A stretch of 64,000 bases of DNA from Candidatus Krumholzibacteriia bacterium (GCA_041484665.1 JBGPIA010000002.1:32001-96000); one strand, 5' to 3'; shown: positions 24,935-34,790, counted from the first letter of the stretch. A program made the numbers and translations. Notes: generated by a model not told the origin, from the sequence alone.

Positions 24935-27118
24935 TTGAGTGATTGGGAGCTGGAGGTCAAGAGCTACCTCAGCGCGCATCCGCATCGTAGTTTCAAGGTC
25001 AAGGAGCTGCAGCGGGCGTTGCGCGTGCCCGGATCCCGTTACCGGCAGTTTCGCGCGCACGTGCTCGGCATGGCCCGCGATGGTCGCATCGCGCTCCTGC
25101 CGCGCCGGCGCGTGCAGACGCTGACGACGGCTCCCGTGCTCGAAGGCACCGTGGCGGGAGTCGGTGAGCTCGCCACGCACGTCTTGCTGGACGTGGGCGA
25201 GCGGATGCCCCTGGCCGAGGGCGAGAGCGCCGAGGTCGTGCCCGGGGACCGGGTGCGCGTTCGCCGCCTGCGCGTGCACGGCGTGCGGGTCGCGCAGATC
25301 CAGCGCGTGCTCTTGGCCGGACCGCGCACCGTGTTCGGCGAGCTGCGGCGCGCCGGGCCGCGCTGGATGCTCATCCCCGACACGCGCGTCCCCGGGCTCT
25401 CCGGTGGCGTGTTCGTCGATGAGGATGCCGCAGTGCCGGCCGCCGGTGATGGGCTGCTCGCACGGGCGCAGCTCCCCGCGTTCGATCCGGCGACCACGCG
25501 TCCGACTGCGCCGGCAGTGACGCTGCTGGGCGCCGCCGATCACCCCCGCGCCGCCATGGCGCGGCTGATCGGCCGCAGCGGATGGCCGCAGGAGTTCTCG
25601 GCGCGAGCCCGCGAGGAAGCCCGCGCGACCTTGGACCCGGCGCCAGCGCGGCGCGATCTGGGCGCCGAGGTCGTCTTCACCATCGATCCGCTCGATGCCA
25701 AGGACCACGACGACGCCGTCTCGATCGCGCGTCTGCCCGACGGGGCGGGCTTCGTGCTCGGCGTGCACATCGCCGACGTCGCCAGCTACGTGCCGCGCGA
25801 CAGCGCGCTCGACCAGGAGGCTCTCGCGCGCGCCACGAGCGTCTATCCACCCGGCGGGGTGCTCCCCATGCTGCCCGCGGAGCTTTCCAGCGGCGAGTGC
25901 AGCCTGCACCACGGAGTGGCCCGCCGCGCGGCGAGCGTGACGATCCGCTACGACGGCTCGGGACGGCGCCGCGGCTTCGACCTGGGGCTCACTTGGATCC
26001 GCAGCCGGGCCTCCTTGGCGTACGAGCAGGCCGAGGAGCTGATGGAAAACGGCGCGCCGCCGCCGCCGGAGCGCGTCGACGGCGCCACGTCCGAGGAGCT
26101 GCGGTCGGCGCTCTGCGAGATGCTCGAGCTGGCGACCCTGCTGCGAGAGCGCCGCCGCGACGTAGGAAGCCTGTTCGTGGAGCGGCCCGAGCGCACCTTC
26201 ACCTTCGATGTCGACGGACACGTTGCGCAGGTGGCGTGGCGGCCGCAGCTGCGCACGCACTGGATCATCGAGGAGTTCATGCTGGAGGCAAACCGGGCCG
26301 TCGCGCAGGCGCTGCACGCCGCGGAGCTTCCGCTGCTCTGGCGGGTGCACGAGGAGCCCGACGAGCTGAAGGTGGCCGAACTGGTGGAGATCCTCAAGGT
26401 CCTGGGCGTGCGCTGGAAGCCCCGCGAGCCAATCTCCGGGCACGACTACGGTCAGCTGCTGGCGCAGGTGCAGGGCAGCCCGCTGGCCTCGCTGGTGAGC
26501 CTGCTCACGCTGCGCTCGCTCATGAAGGCCCGTTACCGCGCCGGCTGGAACCGTCACTTCGGGCTCGCCTTCGAGGAGTACACCCATTTCACGTCACCTA
26601 TCCGCCGCTACCCGGACCTGCACAACCAGCGCTGGGTGCACCGGCTGGTGGCGCGCGCCGGCCGCGGGGGATGGGTGGACGACGCCCTGCACGCCGCCGC
26701 CGCGCTGGGCCGGGAGCGGCCGAGCGTGGCCGCCGACCACGAGGAGGCCCGGCGGCTCGCGGACCACTGCAGCGAGCAGGAGCGGCGGGCCATGGGGGTG
26801 GAGCGGGCGGCCGCCGACATCTGCGCCGCCGATGCCTTGCGCGGCCGGGAGGGGGAGGTGCTCGACGGCATGATCGTGAGCGTCGTGGGCAGCGGGCTGT
26901 TCGTGGAGATCGACGGCACGGGCTTGGACGGGTTCGTGGCAGTTGAACACCTGGCGGGCGACTGGTATACGTTCGATGCCCGGCGCCAGCTGCTCATGGG
27001 ACAGCGGACCGGCCGCACCTGGCACATGGGCCAACGGGTGCGCGTCTTGCTGGAGCACGTTGACGTGGCCAGCGGCCGGGTATGGCTGGGCGGGGTGGAG
27101 CCGCCTGCCAGGGGATAG
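24935..27118 (+). CDS. rnr: Ribonuclease R / RNB family exoribonuclease
   Basis: FTIDPLDAKDHDDA, VHIADV, IIEEFMLEAN, YTHFTSPIRRYPDL, C-terminal S1 domain. Confidence 0.92.
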   Translation: MSDWELEVKSYLSAHPHRSFKVKELQRALRVPGSRYRQFRAHVLGMARDGRIALLPRRRVQTLTTAPVLEGTVAGVGELATHVLLDVGERMPLAEGESAEVVPGDRVRVRRLRVHGVRVAQIQRVLLAGPRTVFGELRRAGPRWMLIPDTRVPGLSGGVFVDEDAAVPAAGDGLLARAQLPAFDPATTRPTAPAVTLLGAADHPRAAMARLIGRSGWPQEFSARAREEARATLDPAPARRDLGAEVVFTIDPLDAKDHDDAVSIARLPDGAGFVLGVHIADVASYVPRDSALDQEALARATSVYPPGGVLPMLPAELSSGECSLHHGVARRAASVTIRYDGSGRRRGFDLGLTWIRSRASLAYEQAEELMENGAPPPPERVDGATSEELRSALCEMLELATLLRERRRDVGSLFVERPERTFTFDVDGHVAQVAWRPQLRTHWIIEEFMLEANRAVAQALHAAELPLLWRVHEEPDELKVAELVEILKVLGVRWKPREPISGHDYGQLLAQVQGSPLASLVSLLTLRSLMKARYRAGWNRHFGLAFEEYTHFTSPIRRYPDLHNQRWVHRLVARAGRGGWVDDALHAAAALGRERPSVAADHEEARRLADHCSEQERRAMGVERAAADICAADALRGREGEVLDGMIVSVVGSGLFVEIDGTGLDGFVAVEHLAGDWYTFDARRQLLMGQRTGRTWHMGQRVRVLLEHVDVASGRVWLGGVEPPARG

Positions 27119-27145
27119 GTTCTTCCGTAGCATGGAGTTGCGGCC

Positions 27146-27529
27146 ATGACCAAGCCCGTGGGACTGGAGCGTCGCAGGGCCGAGCGCGTCAGCGCCCGTC
27201 TCAATCTGAACGTGCACCTGCGCTTGCCCGGATCGGGCGGCTCTGTGGACGACCTGGAGACCCTCAACGTGAGCAGCTCCGGGGTCTACTTCAAGAGCAG
27301 CCGCTTCATCGAGCCGATGACCAAGCTGGCGCTGCGCCTGGAAGTGCCCACCGAACGCGACGATCCCGACGTCACACGCCCGATCTCCTGCGAGGGGATT
27401 GTGGTGCGTACCCTCCCCGAGCAGCCGGACGAGTCCGTGGAGGCCTACGAGGTCGCGGTCTTCTTCACCACGATCGACGCCGAGAGCCTCCACAACCTGG
27501 AGAGCTACATCACCAACCTGCTGGCCTAG
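27146..27529 (+). CDS. Stand-alone PilZ domain protein (c-di-GMP receptor)
   Basis: RRAER (RxxxR) and NVSSSG (D/NxSxxG) motifs. Confidence 0.85.
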   Translation: MTKPVGLERRRAERVSARLNLNVHLRLPGSGGSVDDLETLNVSSSGVYFKSSRFIEPMTKLALRLEVPTERDDPDVTRPISCEGIVVRTLPEQPDESVEAYEVAVFFTTIDAESLHNLESYITNLLA

Positions 27530-27637
27530 ACGCGGGCCGGCGCCGGGCCCGGGCGACCGCCCTGGCCCTTCCCGCTGTCAAGATCCGGCGCCTCGTGCCG
27601 ATCCCCTGGTGGCCGAACAGTCTCTGGGGAGGGGTCC

Positions 27638-29134
27638 GTGGCGCATACCCGCGAGCGCTATAGCGGTCGCCTGCTGGTCATCGACGACTCGGTGACGTTC
27701 TGCCGCCAATTCCAGCAGCTCCTGGAGCGGCTGGGATACCGCGTGGACGTAGCCCACGATCCGCGCAAGGGTCTGCAGTTCGTCCTGGCCGAGCCGGTCG
27801 ATGCCGTGCTGCTCGAGAAGCACCTACCGGGCATGGACGGCTACGCCCTGTGCCGCCTGCTCAAGAAGTACCCGCAGACGAGCGGGCTGCCGGTCGTCCT
27901 GCTCAGCAACGACGACGCCCTCAGCAGCCGCGTGGAGGGGCTGAGGGCAGGGGCTGACGAGTACCTGAGCAAGCGTATCTCCCCCGAGGAGCTCGACGGC
28001 CGGCTACAGTCGCTGCTGCGCGCGCAACGGCTGCGTGGCCAGATCGAGGATCAGCATCAGCAGCTCATGGCCGTGCTGGAGGGACTCTCCGACGGCGTGA
28101 TCCTGGTCGACCGCGACGGGGTGGCGCAGCTTGCCAACCGGGCCGCGCTGAGCCTGCTGCGCCTGGACCAGGACATCCTGCGCCTGCGCAGCATGCGTCA
28201 GATCCTCTCCACGCTGCGCTTCCCCCAGGCCCTGGCGGACCGGCTGCTGGCTACGGCCGAGCCGTTCACCGACGAGATCGAGGTGGAGATCGACGGGCAA
28301 CCGCGCCTGCTGGCGGTGCGGTGCGCCCGGGTCACGCGCGCCGCTGGACAGGGGCTGCTGACCGTGCTGGTCCTGCAGGACGTCACCGAGCGCCGCGAGA
28401 CCGAGCGCCTGAAAGCCGACTTCCATTCCATGATCGCCCACGACCTGCGCAGCCCGTTGAGCGTGATCCAGGGTTACCTGTCGCTGTTGCTCAAGGAGAA
28501 GGCGGGCGCGCTGACGCCGCACCAGGAGGAGTTCCTGTGCAGCGTCCAGGAGAAGGTGTGGGACGTGAGCCGGCTGCTGGACGATTTCCTCGACATGTCG
28601 AAGCTCGACGCGGGCTGCATCGTGCTCGACCGCCGGCCGACCGACCTGCGCATGCTGCTGTGCGCGTCGCTGCACGACGTGGCGCTCCTGGCGCGTGACC
28701 GGGGACTCACGACGCACCTGCGGATCGCGCCGCCGCTGGATGGAGCGCAGGTGGTGTGCGACGGCAGCCGCATCAAGCAGGTGCTCCAGAACCTCCTCAG
28801 CAACGCCGTGAAGTACAACCGCCTGCACGGCCGCATCGACGTCCGGGCGCGGCTGGAGGGCAACGAGCTGCTGGTCGAGGTGCAGGACGAAGGCATCGGC
28901 GTGCCGCCGGAGAAGCACCAGGAGATCTTCGAGCGCTACGTCCGGCTCAAGGAGGGGCCCGATGCTCCGGAAGGGCTGGGGCTGGGGCTGTTGATCGTGC
29001 GCAAGATCGTCGAGGCGCACGGCGGCCGCTCGGGGGTCCGCAGCGCCGCCGGCGAGGGCGCCACGTTCTGGTTCACGCTGCCCGCCGAGCTCCCGGCGTG
29101 CGAAGTCCCGCTGGAGCCACAGCTCACGGGCTGA
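27638..29134 (+). CDS. Hybrid sensor kinase: receiver-PAS-HisKA-HATPase
   Basis: LLVIDDS receiver, PAS-like LEGLSDGVILVD, AHDLRSPL, NLLSNAVKY, DEGIG, GLGLGL. Confidence 0.92.
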   Translation: MAHTRERYSGRLLVIDDSVTFCRQFQQLLERLGYRVDVAHDPRKGLQFVLAEPVDAVLLEKHLPGMDGYALCRLLKKYPQTSGLPVVLLSNDDALSSRVEGLRAGADEYLSKRISPEELDGRLQSLLRAQRLRGQIEDQHQQLMAVLEGLSDGVILVDRDGVAQLANRAALSLLRLDQDILRLRSMRQILSTLRFPQALADRLLATAEPFTDEIEVEIDGQPRLLAVRCARVTRAAGQGLLTVLVLQDVTERRETERLKADFHSMIAHDLRSPLSVIQGYLSLLLKEKAGALTPHQEEFLCSVQEKVWDVSRLLDDFLDMSKLDAGCIVLDRRPTDLRMLLCASLHDVALLARDRGLTTHLRIAPPLDGAQVVCDGSRIKQVLQNLLSNAVKYNRLHGRIDVRARLEGNELLVEVQDEGIGVPPEKHQEIFERYVRLKEGPDAPEGLGLGLLIVRKIVEAHGGRSGVRSAAGEGATFWFTLPAELPACEVPLEPQLTG

Positions 29135-29255
29135 GGGCGCGGGCGGCGGCAATCCCTTCCCCCGGCGCGGCGCGGGCTGCCGCCCAAGGCTCCCGCTGCG
29201 CCCTACGCGCGCCTGCAACGCGTTGCGCGGCAGCGAAGTCCGTTCGCTGAGCCCA

Positions 29256-29270
29256 TGGCACATCAGTTGC
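29256..29270 (+). promoter_or_regulatory. sigma54 promoter of the flgF operon
   Basis: TGGCAC-ATCAG-TTGC, consensus -24/-12. Confidence 0.85.
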
Positions 29271-29299
29271 CGATGGCTGCCGGTCGTAGGAGGACGACC

Positions 29300-30109
29300 G
29301 TGCTGCGTTCATTGCAAGTCTCCAAGACCGGAATGCTGGCCCAAGAGGCCCGGCTCGAGGTCATCGCCAACAACCTCGCCAACGCCGCCACCACCGGGTT
29401 CAAGCGCCTGATCGCTTCGTACGAGGAGCTGCCCGCGCCCACGACTGCGGTGCCGGCGAGGTCGCCCACGCCGGCCGAGGCGCTGGCGGCCGCCACGGGC
29501 GGCGCGACGCCCGCCGGGGCGCTGGCCCGGCGGCCAGCGCCACGCCGCAGCGACGGCCCAGCACTGTTGACGCGCGTGGATCTGCGCCAGGGGGCGCTCG
29601 AGCAGACCGGCAACCCCCTGGACCTGGCTGTGTCGGGCGACGGGTTCTTCGTCGTGCGCGTCGGCTCGGCCGAGCGCTACACGCGCGCGGGCACCTTCCG
29701 CCTCGACGCGCAGGGCACGCTGGTGGACGCGCAGGGGCATCCCCTGGTGGGTGGGGGCGGCCCGATCCAGCTTGCGCCCGGCAGCGTGGCCATCGCGAGC
29801 GACGGGACGGTCAGCGTCAACGGCGCCGCGGTCGACCGGCTGCGGGTGGTGCGCTTCCCGGATCCCACCCACGTCCGTCCGGTGGGAGACAGTTTGTTGG
29901 CGCTCCCCGATGGCGAGGCGCCCCAGGACCTCCCGCCGGCCCAGGCGCAAGTCGCCCAGGGTTTCCTCGAGCGCAGCAACGCAAATCCGGTCCACGAGCT
30001 GATCTCATTGATCATGGCGCAGCGCGTCTTCGAAGCCGGCCAGCGACTGCTGGTCACGACCGACGACTCGTTGAGCCGCGCCATCAACCAGGTGGGCCGC
30101 GTCCGCTAG
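29300..30109 (+). CDS. flgF: Flagellar basal-body rod protein FlgF
   Basis: IANNLANAATTGFK, TGNPLDLAVSGDGFF, YTRAG, LERSNAN. Directly upstream of flgG. Confidence 0.88.
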   Translation: MLRSLQVSKTGMLAQEARLEVIANNLANAATTGFKRLIASYEELPAPTTAVPARSPTPAEALAAATGGATPAGALARRPAPRRSDGPALLTRVDLRQGALEQTGNPLDLAVSGDGFFVVRVGSAERYTRAGTFRLDAQGTLVDAQGHPLVGGGGPIQLAPGSVAIASDGTVSVNGAAVDRLRVVRFPDPTHVRPVGDSLLALPDGEAPQDLPPAQAQVAQGFLERSNANPVHELISLIMAQRVFEAGQRLLVTTDDSLSRAINQVGRVR

Positions 30110-30135
30110 CGGCCTGCCGCAAGGGGGAGTCGAGC

Positions 30136-30927
30136 ATGCTCCGTGCGATGTCCACGGCCGCCAGCGGGATGCGCGCCCAGCAGACGCGCATCGACACGAT
30201 CGCCAACAACCTCGCCAATGCGAACACGGCGGGGTTCAAGGCCAGCCGCGTGGAGTTCCAGGACCTGCTCTACGAGGATGTCCTGCCCGCGGGCGGCACG
30301 CGGGCCGACGGCAGCGTCGAGCCGGTGCGCATGGAGGTGGGGCATGGGGTGCGGCTGGCGGCCTCCACCCGTTCGCTGGGCGAGGGAACGGTGGAGCAGA
30401 CGGGCAATCCGACGGACTTCGCCATCGAGGGCGATGGCTTCTTCCAGATCCGTATGCCCGACGGCAGCATCGCCTATTCCCGCGATGGCAGCTTCAAGGT
30501 CGACGCCGACCGTAACCTCGTCACCAGCGCCGGATACCGCTTGGAGCCGGCGATGACCATCCCGCAAGACGCGGTCGAGGTCTCGCTGGCGCGTGACGGG
30601 ACGGTGAGCGTGCTGCTGGCCGGCCAGAACGACACCCCCCAAGCCATCGGCCAGCTGGAGCTGGCGCGCTTCGCCAACCCGGCTGGGATGCGCCAGGAGG
30701 GCGGCAACCTGATGCGCTCGTCCGCCAACAGTGGCCCGCCGCTCTTGGGGCAGCCGGGGACCGTTGGGTACGGCGAGACGACCCAGGGCTTCCTGGAGAG
30801 GAGCAACGTGCAGGTGGTGGTGGAGCTCGTGGACATGATCACCGCGCAGCGCGCCTACGAGCTCAACAGCAAGGCGATCCAGGTCGCCGACGAGATGCTC
30901 TCCACCGTGAACGGGATCCGGAGGTAG
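30136..30927 (+). CDS. flgG: Flagellar distal rod protein FlgG
   Basis: MLRAMSTAASGM, ANNLANANTAGFK, FQDLLY, RDGSF, AQRAYELNSK. Confidence 0.96.
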   Translation: MLRAMSTAASGMRAQQTRIDTIANNLANANTAGFKASRVEFQDLLYEDVLPAGGTRADGSVEPVRMEVGHGVRLAASTRSLGEGTVEQTGNPTDFAIEGDGFFQIRMPDGSIAYSRDGSFKVDADRNLVTSAGYRLEPAMTIPQDAVEVSLARDGTVSVLLAGQNDTPQAIGQLELARFANPAGMRQEGGNLMRSSANSGPPLLGQPGTVGYGETTQGFLERSNVQVVVELVDMITAQRAYELNSKAIQVADEMLSTVNGIRR

Positions 30928-30930
30928 CCG

Positions 30931-31977
30931 GTGCGTACGCTGCAAGGGCTGGTGCTGGTGCTCGCGGTCGCGGGGGGAACCTCGCGCGCACCGGCGCAGG
31001 GGGCCGCGCCCGGCGCGCCGGCGCAGATCACGCTGCGCGCGCAGGCGGTCGTCCAGGGGCCGGATGTGCGGCTGACCGACCTGGTGGAGGAACGCCTGCC
31101 CGCGGCCTGGGCGCAGCTCGCGATCGCCCCGGCCCCGCCCGCCGGCCAGAGCATGGAGATCTCCCAGGCGCGCGTGCGGCGGACGCTCGCGCTGGGCGCG
31201 GTCGCGTCGCCACCCGCGGTGCGCGGCGCCGCGAGCTGCCGCGTGCGCAATGACGCAGCCTTGGCCGACGACGGCGCCTTGACGGGGAGCCTTCACGAGC
31301 TGCTCGACGCCCTGCCGCTGCCCGCCGGCGCGCTCGGCCAACGCTTCCAGGTCACCTCGATGCCCAGCCTCGTGGCTGTGGCCGGCAAGCTCTGCGCCCG
31401 ACTGCAGGGCGACGCCCCGCTGGTGGGGCCGGGCAGCGTGCGCGTGGAGTTCCTGCGCGGTGGCGCGATGCTCGTGGCCGCCCACGTCGGCGTGGTGCGG
31501 GAGCTGCGCGCGGTGGTCTGCACCGCGGCCCGCTCGCTGCCGGCCGGCACGGCGCTTTCGCCCAGCGATGTCGTCCTCGACACCCTGTGGATCGACCGCC
31601 CCGCGCTCTGGGAGCAGGCGCTGCGCCCGCCGCATGCGCCCGGCATCACGACGGCGCACGCCGTCGCGGCAGGCGAGGTGCTGCAGTCGGGTAGCCTGCG
31701 GCGCACGCCGCTGGTCGTGCGTGGCGCGCCGCTCGAGTGGGTAGTCTGGCGCGGCGCGTTGCTCGTAGTCGTGCACGCCACCGCGCGGGAGAGCGGCGCG
31801 TTGGGCGACTGGGTATGGGTCGAGAGTCCCTTCAACCGCAAGCTCGCCCGCGTGCAGGTGACGGGCCCGGGCCGAGTGGGAGATCCCCTGCCCGCTGCCT
31901 GCGAGCTGGCCCGCGCCCACAGCGGGCCCAACCCAGCGGCGGGCACGTCGGACGCTGCACCAGGAGAATTGCCGTGA
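30931..31977 (+). CDS. flgA: P-ring formation chaperone FlgA
   Basis: Signal peptide, SAF-like C-terminus (PLVVRG..ARESGALGDWVWVES), position between flgG and flgH. Confidence 0.8.
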   Translation: MRTLQGLVLVLAVAGGTSRAPAQGAAPGAPAQITLRAQAVVQGPDVRLTDLVEERLPAAWAQLAIAPAPPAGQSMEISQARVRRTLALGAVASPPAVRGAASCRVRNDAALADDGALTGSLHELLDALPLPAGALGQRFQVTSMPSLVAVAGKLCARLQGDAPLVGPGSVRVEFLRGGAMLVAAHVGVVRELRAVVCTAARSLPAGTALSPSDVVLDTLWIDRPALWEQALRPPHAPGITTAHAVAAGEVLQSGSLRRTPLVVRGAPLEWVVWRGALLVVVHATARESGALGDWVWVESPFNRKLARVQVTGPGRVGDPLPAACELARAHSGPNPAAGTSDAAPGELP

Positions 31978-32594
31978 GCGCCACCACCAAACTCTCGCTC
32001 CGCCACCGCGCGCCCGCGTGCACCGCGCTGCTGGCTCTGGCCTGCGCCGTCGCGGCGCTGCCCGCCGCCGCGCGCGCCGTGCAGCCGCTCATCGACCTGG
32101 GCACTGGGCGCGGACTCTTCCACGACGTCAAGGCCGTCGAGGTCGGGGACATCGTCACGATCGTCATCGAGGAGTCGGCGACGGCCGACACGCGCGCCAC
32201 CACCGATACCAACAACAAGACCGAGGTATCGGGCGGTCCTGGCCTCGGGCTGCTCGACCTGGTGCCGAAGTGGGGGCTGGACAGCGAGAACAAGTACAAG
32301 GCCGACGGCAAGAGCACGCGCGGGGGCAGCCTCAGCGCGCGCATCAGCGCCCGGGTGGTCGAGGCGCTCTCCAACGGCCTGCTGCGCATCGAGGGCACGC
32401 GGCTGGTGGAGGTCAACAACGAGAAGCAGCTGATCAGCCTCACCGGGCTGATCCGCACCCGGGACCTCCGCGCCGACAACACGATCGCCTCGACCTACGT
32501 GGCCGACGCGCAGATCCACTATAGCGGCCGCGGGCCCATTACCAACGCCCACGAGCCCGGCCTGTTCACGCGCATCGTGAACTGGGTCTTCTAG
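31974..32594 (+). CDS. flgH: Flagellar L-ring protein FlgH
   Basis: LFHDVKAVEVGDIVTIVIEE, SARVVEALSNGLLRIEG, NTIASTYVADAQIHYSG. Confidence 0.93.
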   Translation: MSATTKLSLRHRAPACTALLALACAVAALPAAARAVQPLIDLGTGRGLFHDVKAVEVGDIVTIVIEESATADTRATTDTNNKTEVSGGPGLGLLDLVPKWGLDSENKYKADGKSTRGGSLSARISARVVEALSNGLLRIEGTRLVEVNNEKQLISLTGLIRTRDLRADNTIASTYVADAQIHYSGRGPITNAHEPGLFTRIVNWVF

Positions 32595-32604
32595 GAGGAC
32601 GACG

Positions 32605-33726
32605 TTGACCCGCACGCTCAAGATGCGAGCGGCCTTTGTGCTGGCCGGCGCGTCGCTCTTGCTGGCGTCCGCCGCCGGCGTGGCGCTCGCCGACCGCATC
32701 AAGGACATCGCCGCGTTCCAGGGGGACCGCCCGCTGCCGCTGGTGGGCTACGGTCTAGTGGTGGGCCTCTCGGGGACGGGCGACGGTGGGGGGTCGCAGT
32801 TCACCAGCCAGAGCCTGGCGGCGATGCTCGAGCAGCTGGGGCTTACCGTGGACCCGGCGCGGCTGCGCGCGCGCAATGTGGCAGCGGTGATCGTGACCTG
32901 CGATCTCTGGCCGGGCGTCAACGAGGAGACCGCCGTGGACGTGGCGGTGGCCTCCATCGGCGACGCCAGCAGCCTGCAGGGCGGTACCCTGCTCATGACT
33001 CCGATGCGTGGGCCCGACGGGGATGTCTACGTCGTGGCGCAGGGAGCGGTCTCCATCGGCGGCTACAACGCCGAGGGGGGCGCCAACAACCGCATCCAGA
33101 AGAACCACAGCACCGCCGGCCAGGTCCCCTCCGGGGGACGGGTCGCCCGGCGGGCGCTCGGCTACGAGATCTTGGCCGGGATGGTTCGCCTGGCGCTGCA
33201 CCACCCCGACCTCAACACCGCCCAGCGCATCGCCGAGTGCGTGAACGGCCGGTTCACCGGCGCAGCGCTGGCCCAGGACGCGGGCACCGTGCAGCTGAAC
33301 GTGCCCGTGGCCTACGCCGCGAACCCGGTGGCGTTCCTGGCCGAGGTGGGGGAGCTGCGCGCCGAACCCGACGCGCGCGCCCGCGTCGTGATCAACGAGA
33401 AAACCGGGACGATCGTCGTGGGTGCCGGCGTCACCCTGGGCGAGGCTGCGCTGGCCCACGGCAGCCTCAGCATCGAGATCCGCACGCAGTACGGTGTGAG
33501 CCAGCCCAACTCGTTCAATGAGAGCGGCAAGACGGTCGTGGTGCCCGACGTGCAGACCTCCGTGGAGGAGGGCGCGGCGCACGTCATGCGGGTAGGGGCC
33601 TCGACCACGATCAACGACGTGGTCAACGTGCTCAACGAGATGGGCGCTACACCGCGCGACATCATCGCGATTCTCGAGGCGCTGCGCGCCAGTGGCGCGC
33701 TGCAGGCGGAGCTGGTGGTGCTGTGA
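32605..33726 (+). CDS. flgI: Flagellar P-ring protein FlgI
   Basis: RIKDIA, LVGYGLVVGLSGTGD, SLQGGTLL, VVINEKTGTIV, ILEALRASGALQAEL. Confidence 0.97.
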   Translation: MTRTLKMRAAFVLAGASLLLASAAGVALADRIKDIAAFQGDRPLPLVGYGLVVGLSGTGDGGGSQFTSQSLAAMLEQLGLTVDPARLRARNVAAVIVTCDLWPGVNEETAVDVAVASIGDASSLQGGTLLMTPMRGPDGDVYVVAQGAVSIGGYNAEGGANNRIQKNHSTAGQVPSGGRVARRALGYEILAGMVRLALHHPDLNTAQRIAECVNGRFTGAALAQDAGTVQLNVPVAYAANPVAFLAEVGELRAEPDARARVVINEKTGTIVVGAGVTLGEAALAHGSLSIEIRTQYGVSQPNSFNESGKTVVVPDVQTSVEEGAAHVMRVGASTTINDVVNVLNEMGATPRDIIAILEALRASGALQAELVVL

Positions 33727-34286
33727 GCCCGCCGCCGATGCACGGCCTGTGCTTGCCGGCGGGCGCGCCCGGCGCCGCCCCAGGCCCCGGGCCCTCCGCG
33801 GTCCGCGCCGTGGGCGCCGCGGCGAATGCAGAGGTGCGCGGCGGGCCGCCGGCGCCGGTGGACCCGCGCCTGCACGCCGCAGCCCAGGACTTCGAGGGGC
33901 TGCTGCTGAACCTGCTGCTGTCGGCCATGCGTCAGACCGTTCCGCGCGGCGCGCTGTTTGGCAATAGCAACGAGCTGCGCATGTACGAGCAATTGCGCGA
34001 CGAGGATCTCTCCGCCGGGATGGCCCGCGCGGGCGGGCTGGGTCTGGCACCGCTCATCGAGCAGCAGCTGGCCGGCCAGCCCGCTGCCGCGCAGCAGCTA
34101 CGCGTGGCGCTGGCCGCCGCGCACGACGCAGGACGGCGGTCGTTGGTCCTGGATGCCGCGGGGCGCAGCCCCGCGCTGGCGCCCGCCCCCGCGGTGGGCG
34201 CGCCGGCGCTGTCGGCGGCTGCGCTCGCGCTTGCGCCCGACCCGGACCCAGACCAGGACGCGCCCGGAGCGGATGCGCCATGGTAG
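33723..34286 (+). CDS. flgJ: FlgJ rod-binding domain protein (no muramidase domain)
   Basis: LHAAAQDFEGLLLNLLLSAMRQTV..GGLGLAPLIEQQL. Confidence 0.82.
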   Translation: MSPPPMHGLCLPAGAPGAAPGPGPSAVRAVGAAANAEVRGGPPAPVDPRLHAAAQDFEGLLLNLLLSAMRQTVPRGALFGNSNELRMYEQLRDEDLSAGMARAGGLGLAPLIEQQLAGQPAAAQQLRVALAAAHDAGRRSLVLDAAGRSPALAPAPAVGAPALSAAALALAPDPDPDQDAPGADAPW

Positions 34287-34789
34287 CCCCGTCGCCTTTG
34301 GCGCTGGACGCGCTGCTGGCCGCCACCGAGGACGAGACCCGCGCCTTCGCCGGCTTGTTGCGCCTGGCTCACCGGCAGCGCCGCTACATGGTGCGCCAGG
34401 ACGTCCGGCGGCTGGCCACGGTCGCCGAGGCGATCGCCGCCCGCGTGCTGCGGGCGCGGGAAGTCGCGGCGCGGCGGCAGGCCGCGCTGCAGGAGATAGC
34501 GGCCGGACTGGGCCGCCCGCCCCACGAGATCGAGCTTCAGCAGCTGGCGCCGGGGGCCGAAAACCCTCAGCGGGTCCGCTTGGAGGCCGCTCTGCGCCGG
34601 CTGTCCGAGGTGGGTGGGCGGCTCTACCGGGCGAACACGCAGAATCACCTGCTCGCCCGCTTCTCCCTGGACCTGCTCGCCGAGCAGCAGCGCCTGGTGC
34701 TGGGGGAGACCGGTGCAGCAGGCCACTACGATTGCAGCGGTGCGGCGACGCGCCCCGCCGCCCGGGGCGCCATCGACGGGAGGGCCTAG
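34280..34789 (+). CDS. flgN: Flagellar export chaperone FlgN
   Basis: Helical protein, RANTQNHLL motif, C-terminal Y...IDGRA. Directly upstream of flgK. Confidence 0.78.
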   Translation: MVAPSPLALDALLAATEDETRAFAGLLRLAHRQRRYMVRQDVRRLATVAEAIAARVLRAREVAARRQAALQEIAAGLGRPPHEIELQQLAPGAENPQRVRLEAALRRLSEVGGRLYRANTQNHLLARFSLDLLAEQQRLVLGETGAAGHYDCSGAATRPAARGAIDGRA

Positions 34790-34790
34790 C

